In this document: piece by piece, positions 8,517-15,709 of the stretch
Numbering within the stretch: position 1 is the stretch's first letter
Layout: the number at the start of each line of letters is the position of its first letter
Source of the DNA: an uncultured Spirochaetaceae bacterium
GTDB lineage: Bacteria; Spirochaetota; Spirochaetia; DSM-27196; SLST01
Reading direction: 5' to 3'
Assembly: GCA_964437265.1 (NCBI GenBank)
Contig: CAYTGY010000003.1
Location: forward strand, 1 to 38,000
DNA: 38,000 nucleotides
Made by a program: the position numbers and the translations under genes
Notes under the pieces: model-generated
Told to the model about the DNA's origin: nothing
Seen by the model: only the letters and a program-made list of their open reading frames with translations
The model's database searches: none

Positions 8517-9497
8517 GTGAAGAGACCGCGCGATCGGTCCACAAGGGAACCCATTCACCCAGCACGGCGTCGACCACGATTGTTCGCCGCCACGGTGCGC
8601 AGACAGTACGATCTCTACCTTCTGGTGTTGCCGGGCATACTCTTTCTCCTGATGTTCAAATACTTCCCTCTGCTGGGAAATGTCATCGCGTTCCAGGATT
8701 TCAGGATCAACATTGGGCGGACCCTCGTCGATAGCATCCTGAAGAGCGAGTGGGTAGGATGGCGGCAGTTCGAGCGCATATTCCGGGATCCGAACGCATG
8801 GAACGCCGTGCGCAACACGTTCATCATCGCGGGATACAAGATTGTCTTCTTGTTCCCCATCCCAATCGTTCTCGCCATCCTGCTCAACGAAATGCGGCTT
8901 TCGTCCGTGCGCCGCGTCGCCCAGACAATCATCTACTTCCCGAACTTCCTGTCGTGGGTTGTTGTGGGAACCATGTTCGCGCAGATGCTCCAGGCGGACG
9001 GGCTGATCAACACGCTGCTCGGGATTCCCTTCGACCAGCGCGTCTCGTATCTCATCGACTACCGCTACTTCCGGCCGATCCTGGTGCTCACCGAGGGATG
9101 GAAGAGTTCAGGCTTCGCAACGATCATCTACTTGGCAGCGATCTCCGGCATCGATCCCGGACAATTCGAGGCGGCGACGGTTGACGGGTGCAATCGATTC
9201 CAGCGAATCCGTCATGTGACGATACCGAACATCGGCGGCACGATAGCGATGGTCTTCGTGATCAGCCTTGGCATACAGGTTGCGTACGGCTCCTTCGAGC
9301 AGGTGCTGATTCTCTCTAATCCCGCCGTCTATGAGACCGGCGACATCCTTCAGACCTTCTCGTACCGGAAGGGGCTCGGATCTATGGAGTTCAGCTTCTC
9401 CACGGCCGCCGGCATGTTGAACGCTACGGCGGGACTTATTCTGATCTTTTTGAGCAACTACTTCTGTAAGAAGGCGTTCGGCCGCTCTATCTGGTAG
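8517..9497 (+). CDS. carbohydrate ABC transporter permease, LplB-type
   Basis: Contains YDLYLLVLPGILFLLMFKYFPLLGNVIAFQDF, multiple TM segments and an EAA-like loop (EAATVDGCNRFQRIRHVTIP). GTG start with GGAGG at 8503-8507. The exact start is uncertain. Confidence 0.8.
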   Translation: MKRPRDRSTREPIHPARRRPRLFAATVRRQYDLYLLVLPGILFLLMFKYFPLLGNVIAFQDFRINIGRTLVDSILKSEWVGWRQFERIFRDPNAWNAVRNTFIIAGYKIVFLFPIPIVLAILLNEMRLSSVRRVAQTIIYFPNFLSWVVVGTMFAQMLQADGLINTLLGIPFDQRVSYLIDYRYFRPILVLTEGWKSSGFATIIYLAAISGIDPGQFEAATVDGCNRFQRIRHVTIPNIGGTIAMVFVISLGIQVAYGSFEQVLILSNPAVYETGDILQTFSYRKGLGSMEFSFSTAAGMLNATAGLILIFLSNYFCKKAFGRSIW

Positions 9498-9508
9498 GCG
9501 AGGATCGT

Positions 9509-10387
9509 ATGCGGAAAAGCAGAAAGACACAGCCATTCGATGTTGTCAACTACGGACTCTTCGCGCTGCTCTGTTCGGTCAGCTTGCTACCGTTCGTGCA
9601 CCTCCTGGCCAAATCGCTCAGTAGCCGCAACAGCGTCATCCGGGGCGAAGTCGCGCTTCTGCCGATCAACCCTCAACTTGAAGCGTACGCGTACGTGATC
9701 GGGAATACGCAGTTCTTGAACTCGCTGCTTGTATCAGTGTTTCTGGCGACCTTCGGGACGTTCATCAGCGTAACGCTGACTGCGATGGTCGCCTACCCAC
9801 TGTCCAAGAGCGGCTTTCGGGGACGGAAGCTCATACTGTACGCATTCGTCTTTGCCTGGCTGTTCGCACCCTCGATCGTGCCGGTCTTCTTCCTAATGCG
9901 CTCGCTGGGACTGTTGAACAATCTACTCTCGCTGATCCTGATTGATGTGATCTGGTGTTTCAACATGCTCATCGTCAAATCCTATTTTGAGGGCATTCCG
10001 GACTCTCTGCCCGAGTCGGCACAGATTGAGGGTGCGTCCAATATCCGCATCCTCTTCTCTATCATCATGCCTGTCGCGAAGCCGGTGATCGCGACGATCA
10101 CCATCTACTCGGCGTTTGGCTACTGGAACATGTACTTCTGGCCCGTGCTGTTCATCTCGCGACCGTCGCTCAAGCCGCTTCAGTTGTACATCTACGAACT
10201 GGTCTTTTCGGCGTCGAACAATCTGAGCGGCAACGTGATGGACGACGCCTCTCGGTTCAAGAGCGTTGTTCCGGACATCATCCGTTCGGCGACGGTCTTC
10301 GTCTCAATGATCCCCGTCATGGCGGTGTACCCATTCGTCCAGAAGCACTTCGTCAAGGGGATCATGCTCGGGTCGGTGAAAGGATAG
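9509..10387 (+). CDS. carbohydrate ABC transporter permease, LplC/YtcP-type
   Basis: 292-aa polytopic ORF with the loop ESAQIEGASNIRILFSIIMPVAKP. It starts 11 nt after the preceding permease gene. Confidence 0.8.
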   Translation: MRKSRKTQPFDVVNYGLFALLCSVSLLPFVHLLAKSLSSRNSVIRGEVALLPINPQLEAYAYVIGNTQFLNSLLVSVFLATFGTFISVTLTAMVAYPLSKSGFRGRKLILYAFVFAWLFAPSIVPVFFLMRSLGLLNNLLSLILIDVIWCFNMLIVKSYFEGIPDSLPESAQIEGASNIRILFSIIMPVAKPVIATITIYSAFGYWNMYFWPVLFISRPSLKPLQLYIYELVFSASNNLSGNVMDDASRFKSVVPDIIRSATVFVSMIPVMAVYPFVQKHFVKGIMLGSVKG

Positions 10388-10505
10388 CGATCTCGGTTTC
10401 GCCGCTCCAGCGGTTCGACCGCGGAGGGCAAGACCAGGACGATACGGCAGACGAAACGGACCGGGCGGTTCGGATCGCGCGCCAAAACCACAGGAGGCAA
10501 AGAGT

Positions 10506-11978
10506 ATGGCAAGAGCAAAGACGATCGCGGTTATCATTGTCGCGCTCGCGGTGGCCGGCACGGTGTTCGCAACCGGTCAGTCGGAGGGACAACAGGTCAG
10601 CCTGCGCATTCTCACGGACATGAACCCAGGTGACGACATGAACACGGACCCCGTGACGCAGCTCACCGAGGAAATCACGGGTTACAACCTCGAGTTCGAG
10701 AAGCTTCCCGACGACCCGGGCCAGAGAGCGCAGAGGCTTAACCTGGTTCTCGCCGCGGGCGAAGAAGTCGATCTCATTCGGCTCTCAAGCATCGGAGTCG
10801 CACAGGAGCTGATTCCGCAGGGGTACTTCACGCCGCTGGACGACCTGCTTGAGGAGTACGGACCAAACATCCTCGAGAACACGAGCGACGAGTGGTTCGA
10901 GCCGGTCACGTGGGACGGGAGCATTCACGCGGTTCCTATCAAGCGAACGTCGGCGGCGAGCATCGTTGGGTCGATCTACCGTAAGGACGTCTTTGAGTCC
11001 CTGGGGATTGCGGTTCCAACCACTCCGGCGGAGTTCCGATCGGCACTTACCGCGGTGCGAGAGGCGACCGACACGGTTCCCTATACGGCGACGGCATCGT
11101 TTCCCATGATTGACACCATCGCGAGCGCGTTCGGGATCTGCCTGAACGGGTGGTACGAGGTCGACGGGGAGCTCGTTCCCCGTGTCAAGATGGACGGATT
11201 CGTCCCCTACCTATCTTACGTCCGCGGACTCATCGAAGACGGGCTGATGGATCGCGAGATTGCGGCGAACACGGATCAGATCACGCAGGCGAAGATGGCA
11301 TCCGAACGCGCCATGGCGTCATTCTGGGCCTGGTGGTGGTGGCCTGCAAACGACGCGATCCGTGACAACGAGGGAGCGGAGCTCGGGTACCTACCTCCGC
11401 TTCGGTCCGAGCAGGGCGAGGGCATGGCCTGGCTGTGGGGAACAACACCCGAGTGGGCAACCGTCGTTCCCAAGGCAACGACGAAGGCAACACACGCCGT
11501 CTCCTTCCTGGACGCGCTCGCTGAAGACGGGAACTTCCAGGATATCTTTCTTGGCGAGCAGGGGGTTCATTACCGGCGCGAAGGAGACACGTACGTCAGC
11601 CTTCCCGCGTTCACTGAAGAGAAGGCCAATTCCTGGGTCATGCTCATGGTGACCAACGACGACTATCGCGCAACGTACCAGGCGATCTCCCAATCGGGAG
11701 AGGACCCGAACCGCGACGTACAGATGACGTACGAAGGGATGAAGAACGCCGCCGACCCCGTTGCGGTCGCCGACCCGACGGTCGATCTCTCTCCGCCGGA
11801 GGAGAACGGGCGATACGCGAACAACCTCGCGGCGATCGAGAACGAGTTCATCCTGGCGGTGCTCTCAGGAGTGCGCTCCGTGGATGAATACGAGCAGTTC
11901 ATTGCTCGGTGGGATGCCGAGGGAGGCGCGGAACTGACCGAGGCGTGGAATCGGGTGTACGCTGTGTCGCAGCGGTAA
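10506..11978 (+). CDS. extracellular solute-binding protein, large LplA-type (oligosaccharide)
   Basis: 490 aa with AGGAGG at 10492-10497. The signal peptide MARAKTIAVIIVALAVAGTVFATGQSEG has no lipobox Cys. Size and composition are typical of LplA-like SBPs. Confidence 0.75.
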   Translation: MARAKTIAVIIVALAVAGTVFATGQSEGQQVSLRILTDMNPGDDMNTDPVTQLTEEITGYNLEFEKLPDDPGQRAQRLNLVLAAGEEVDLIRLSSIGVAQELIPQGYFTPLDDLLEEYGPNILENTSDEWFEPVTWDGSIHAVPIKRTSAASIVGSIYRKDVFESLGIAVPTTPAEFRSALTAVREATDTVPYTATASFPMIDTIASAFGICLNGWYEVDGELVPRVKMDGFVPYLSYVRGLIEDGLMDREIAANTDQITQAKMASERAMASFWAWWWWPANDAIRDNEGAELGYLPPLRSEQGEGMAWLWGTTPEWATVVPKATTKATHAVSFLDALAEDGNFQDIFLGEQGVHYRREGDTYVSLPAFTEEKANSWVMLMVTNDDYRATYQAISQSGEDPNRDVQMTYEGMKNAADPVAVADPTVDLSPPEENGRYANNLAAIENEFILAVLSGVRSVDEYEQFIARWDAEGGAELTEAWNRVYAVSQR

Positions 11979-11991
11979 GATGCGAGAGCCT

Positions 11992-12042
11992 GCGCGTGGC
12001 GTGGACCGCCACGCGCGCCACGCGCGGAGTACCGCGCGTGGC
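11992..12042. terminator. tandem GC-rich hairpins between convergent operons (bidirectional terminator candidate)
   Basis: Hairpin 1: GCGCGTGGCG (11992-12001) pairs with CGCCACGCGC (12007-12016). Hairpin 2: GCCACGCGCGG (12017-12027) pairs with CCGCGCGTGGC (12032-12042). There are no U-tracts. Confidence 0.5.
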
Positions 12043-12050
12043 ATCATTCA

Positions 12051-13733
12051 TCATTCGTCGGACGCTCGGGCGGGCACTATCTCTATGAGATGAACCGCGA
12101 AGCACCTAATTGCGACGTCAAGCGTCAAGCAACCGGATATGACGCGATCAAAGGTTTCGGATGGTGCGGGAAACTCGGCGAGCGTCCGGTACCGTTGCTC
12201 CATCGCTTCCCAGTATGCCACGTGCGTCGGGTCAATCAACGCATGCCGAACATCCAGTTGGTCTCGAGAACGGAAGTAGTGGGCATCGCAGAGTCCGGCC
12301 GCCAGACGGTCGGTCTCCCACTGGTGCCAGAAGTCACCGTGCTGCTCGTCGACGACCCACGTCCGAACGCGTACAGGACCGGACAAGGGAAGACCTTCGA
12401 TCTGTATGCGAGCCTCAGCCGGGGGCAGGGGCGTTCGTACGTCCGGCGCGTGTCGAAACAGCAGGAGATCGCATCGCTCGCCGTGCGCGTCGATCCCGGC
12501 AATCACTCGCGTCATCTCTTCGGCGTCCTCGGATCGGACCGCGACCCGAACGTCATCGGCGAGATGCGAGACGAGGCGAAGTGCGTGCGTAGCCGAGGAC
12601 TCGATCCCGTGGAGAAGACCGCCGGTTCGCAGGACAGACCAGCGCGACCACGTCACAATGCCGTGTTCGAGCATGAGGTAGAGGGCCCACGCGGTCCAAC
12701 TCGCATCGTACACCGACCCGGGGCTCAGCCCGTGCCAGAGCCACTTCCCGTCGGTACCGAAGAGCATTGCGCCTTCGCTGACCTCAATGGGAACTGAGGA
12801 AAAGCCGTTCGTGTCCAGCGCGGCGCGTGTCCGCGCAACTTTGTCTGGGAGCCTGCTCAACGTCCCGGGTTGACCCGCGAGCGGTGTGTTCCATTCGTCC
12901 GACTCCAGCACCGCCGGCGCGTGATCGTAGTATGACACCGCGAAGAAGTCCAGGCGCGCGCCGATGCCGCCGGTTGCGTCGTTGCGTCCCGACGCACAAT
13001 GCTCAATGAAGCGCCGGGCGTCCCAGAACCCGTCGTCCATCATCGCATGCGCGCCAATACGGGTCCGCGCCGCCGGGAGAACGCGGTCGATCGCAGCAAC
13101 GCTCCAATCATAGAGCCTGAAGAACTCGTTCATCGACTCTCCGGGAGTCCCGTCGTCAGCCTCCCACCATGCTCGGTTCTCCATCTCTGTTCCGACGAAC
13201 CACCGCCACTCGGAAACCTCGAGATCCCCGAAGCGCGTGACAAGCGCCCGAACGAGCGCCTCCAGGTAGTTCGCGTAGACCGCGTAGTCGCGGGGGGGGC
13301 GGGAATTCACCCTGAACCAATCAATCTTGGGATTGCCGGACAGCTTGACGGGCACCGCATGCAGCTTGAGACACGGTTTGACCCCTTGGCGCAGCATGTT
13401 CGCGCACGCTCGTGTGAGGGGCGCGAAGTCGTAGTCGTCGAGGATCGCCGAATTCGACGGATCTTGGAAGAGGTCGCGGTCGAACTCGCACAGGCTAACG
13501 TCATCGCTTCCGCGGGGGTACCCGCGGTATCCACCACCGGATGCGATGAACACTTGCATCTCGGCGAGCCATGGGTAACGACCCTTGAGGTCACCGGCAG
13601 GGATCGACTCTGCCCACTCGTGCCAGACACGCTCGTCCGGAGTCGTACCCAGATAGTGCCAGAAACTGAGACTGCTGAACCGATTACCGATCGGCCCGTG
13701 GTCTCGCGATGCGAAGTCACAGACGAACCTCAT
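12051..13733 (-). CDS. GH39-like clan GH-A TIM-barrel glycoside hydrolase, cytoplasmic
   Basis: 560-aa ORF. The segment DYDFAPLTRACANMLRQGVKPCLKLHAVPVKL...PPRDYAVYANYLEALVRALVTRFGDLEVSEWRWFVGTEMEN parallels, from memory, the GH39 block YDF...GI+P...PP+DY..W..L...RYG..EV..W.FE+WNEPN. Here T-E replaces N-E at the acid/base position. The start overlaps the upstream stop (ATGA). Confidence 0.5.
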   Translation of the reverse strand: MRFVCDFASRDHGPIGNRFSSLSFWHYLGTTPDERVWHEWAESIPAGDLKGRYPWLAEMQVFIASGGGYRGYPRGSDDVSLCEFDRDLFQDPSNSAILDDYDFAPLTRACANMLRQGVKPCLKLHAVPVKLSGNPKIDWFRVNSRPPRDYAVYANYLEALVRALVTRFGDLEVSEWRWFVGTEMENRAWWEADDGTPGESMNEFFRLYDWSVAAIDRVLPAARTRIGAHAMMDDGFWDARRFIEHCASGRNDATGGIGARLDFFAVSYYDHAPAVLESDEWNTPLAGQPGTLSRLPDKVARTRAALDTNGFSSVPIEVSEGAMLFGTDGKWLWHGLSPGSVYDASWTAWALYLMLEHGIVTWSRWSVLRTGGLLHGIESSATHALRLVSHLADDVRVAVRSEDAEEMTRVIAGIDAHGERCDLLLFRHAPDVRTPLPPAEARIQIEGLPLSGPVRVRTWVVDEQHGDFWHQWETDRLAAGLCDAHYFRSRDQLDVRHALIDPTHVAYWEAMEQRYRTLAEFPAPSETFDRVISGCLTLDVAIRCFAVHLIEIVPARASDE

Positions 13734-14806
13734 GTCGGTAGTACCCCCATTTCACGGAAGAAACGCTCCGACTCACTTAGGTAGGAGCGATAGCTCGCAA
13801 GCGACACCTCAGGAGGTGTCTGGTGATCCACTGCGGGCAAGAACCTGCCGCGCCGGAACAGTGACGCAAGTGAAGCAAATTCGTCGGCGATCGCTTGGTG
13901 ACCGCACGCGATCACGCGTTTGTCGAACCCGCCCATGAACGCGGTCTGCGGATGCTCACTGCGCAGACAATGTAGATCCATTCCGGTTTGCCGCTCCATC
14001 GGATTGATACAGTGATAGCCAACACCGGAAAACCGACCGACAAGATCGGTGACGTTGCCGTCGCTGTCGAGCGCGATGACGCACCGTGCCTGCGACAGCT
14101 CCGGCACCAATAGACGGTGATAGGGCGCGACAAACTCGTCAAACATCTCCGGAGAGATCATCGGACCGTTCTTGTAGGCGAGGTCCTCGGAGACGCACAC
14201 CACCGCCGGCACACCCATGCCGTAGAGTGTTCTGACCGCGCGTATGTTGAACTCAAGCAGACGTCGATTGATCTCATGCATCAGCGCCGGACGGTCGTAG
14301 AAGGAGACCAGGTGTTCGGTGATTCCGAGCAACTCGCGAGGGTGCCAGAAGAACCCGTGAATCGGCACCCAGAGAATTCCGTCCAGGGATGCTGATCGTT
14401 CAAGCGCGCGTCGGTACTCATCGAGTCGCCGGTCAAGTTTCTCGGGTGCGTAGAGATCAGAGCACGTGCGGTTGAGGTCCGCCGCCGTCCTGACCCGTTC
14501 TCGCGCCCCAGCGCGATCGACGTCGGGAGCGACTTCGAAGAAGGTCAGCGGGGTCAGCCCGAACAGCGTGTGAAGCTCCTCCTGCGTCTCCAGTCCAGCC
14601 GGCAGGCCTTCACTTCGCCACCGGCGCAACGTGTCCGGGTGGTAGGGCATGATCTCAAGGCGTGGGAGGCGCTCGACCGGTGCACCGCGGACAAGGTGGT
14701 TGTAGAGACTCTCGGCTAGTGAAGAAGCACCGGGTGCTACGCCTGCCCGCAGTTCAGGTCGGTCGGCTGGTGAGGGCTCGCGACTATTCGTCTCTGAGGC
14801 ACGCAT
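13730..14806 (-). CDS. uroporphyrinogen-decarboxylase (URO-D)/MtaA-like family protein of unknown role
   Basis: The C-terminal two thirds (VPAVVCVSEDLAYKNGPMISPEMFDEFVAPYHRLLV...DSDGNVTDLV...INPMERQTGMD...GGFDKRV) look URO-D-like. ATG 14806 (track start 14809 is TTG) overlaps the GH130 3' end by 23 nt. Confidence 0.55.
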   Translation of the reverse strand: MRASETNSREPSPADRPELRAGVAPGASSLAESLYNHLVRGAPVERLPRLEIMPYHPDTLRRWRSEGLPAGLETQEELHTLFGLTPLTFFEVAPDVDRAGARERVRTAADLNRTCSDLYAPEKLDRRLDEYRRALERSASLDGILWVPIHGFFWHPRELLGITEHLVSFYDRPALMHEINRRLLEFNIRAVRTLYGMGVPAVVCVSEDLAYKNGPMISPEMFDEFVAPYHRLLVPELSQARCVIALDSDGNVTDLVGRFSGVGYHCINPMERQTGMDLHCLRSEHPQTAFMGGFDKRVIACGHQAIADEFASLASLFRRGRFLPAVDHQTPPEVSLASYRSYLSESERFFREMGVLPT

Positions 14807-15707
14807 CAACGAGACCTTTCAAGGGGGCGGTCGCAAGTCCGACGTTGGTGTCCGCAGCACCGTAGTAGACGCGCACCGTTCCGTCGTCATCAAGAAGCGC
14901 GTTGCACGTGAACACGACGTTTGCGACGCGGCCCCGCATCTCGTAGTCGTGTTCCGGCCAAAGGACAAAGTCGCGTGTGTAGCCGATGACTCGTGCCGGG
15001 TCTTCGAGATCGAGAAGCATCGCCTTCAGCCGGTAGACGAACCCGTTACACGTCGTGGAGACGGTGTGGTATATCTCGAGCCATCCCTTGTCGGTACGAA
15101 TTGGAACCGCGCCGGCACCCATCTTGTGACCATCGAAGAACGGCCGGCCTCGGTAGGTGAGCGGTTCTGATCTGCCCCAGAAAACGAGGTCCGGTGACCG
15201 GCTCACCCACATCGACGATGGATCGAGTTCGTTTCCGAACGGCCGATCGAACCGCGTGTACAGATCCTCGAACTTCTCCGGAAAGAGACACCCGTTTCGG
15301 TTGCCGAGCTCGCTTGCGGTGCACACGCGCTCAAATGACGCGAAGTCTGTTGTGCGCAGGATTCCAATGCGCACGTTGTTCTGCGAGAGATCACTCGCAT
15401 AGAGAATGACGAATTCGTTGTCGATGCGCGTAATGCGGGGATCGTACGTGTTCGTCTCAGGATGCGACGGGTCTACCTGCGGCATATGGACCGGTGCGGG
15501 ATCCGGAGTGAAATGCACCCCGTCATCGCTGCGCGCGATCCACAGCCGATGCACGTCGTCGAGCGTGGTGACGTCCATCATCATAAGGTACGTACCGTTC
15601 CACCGGATCGCGCCTGGGTTGAACGTGTAGAGCACCTGTTTGGGCATCATGGCGGGCGTCATGATCGGATTGCCCGCGTATTTGGTGAAGAGCCGATTTT
15701 CGGTCAT
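14784..15707 (-). CDS. GH130 family beta-mannoside phosphorylase/hydrolase
   Basis: Contains GNPIMTP...YTFNPGAIRWNGTYLMMMDV...DPRITRIDNEFVILY...MGAGAVPIRTDKGWLEIYH...VYYGAADTNVGLA, characteristic five-bladed-propeller GH130 blocks. ATG 15707 lies 2 nt after the GRE stop. No signal peptide. Confidence 0.8.
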   Translation of the reverse strand: MTENRLFTKYAGNPIMTPAMMPKQVLYTFNPGAIRWNGTYLMMMDVTTLDDVHRLWIARSDDGVHFTPDPAPVHMPQVDPSHPETNTYDPRITRIDNEFVILYASDLSQNNVRIGILRTTDFASFERVCTASELGNRNGCLFPEKFEDLYTRFDRPFGNELDPSSMWVSRSPDLVFWGRSEPLTYRGRPFFDGHKMGAGAVPIRTDKGWLEIYHTVSTTCNGFVYRLKAMLLDLEDPARVIGYTRDFVLWPEHDYEMRGRVANVVFTCNALLDDDGTVRVYYGAADTNVGLATAPLKGLVDACLRDE

Positions 15708-15709
15708 CG

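Noticed and set aside
8507-8734. An alternative-frame ORF (MMRREE...) at the start of the LplB-type permease
   Set aside because: Its translation lacks TM segments. The 8517 frame gives the canonical LplB N-terminus and continues for 326 aa.
10506-10590. Both sugar SBPs (10506 and 27595 starts) share a ...AG(x)FATG... signal-peptide end despite differing codon usage
   Set aside because: It is a short motif at a signal-peptidase-I-type site, which is plausibly generic. That is too little information to argue for a common origin or special targeting.
12043-12057. The tandem CATCATT CATCATT at the GH39-like gene 3' end
   Set aside because: There are only two short units, and they include the stop codon. 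No further copies or structure are present.
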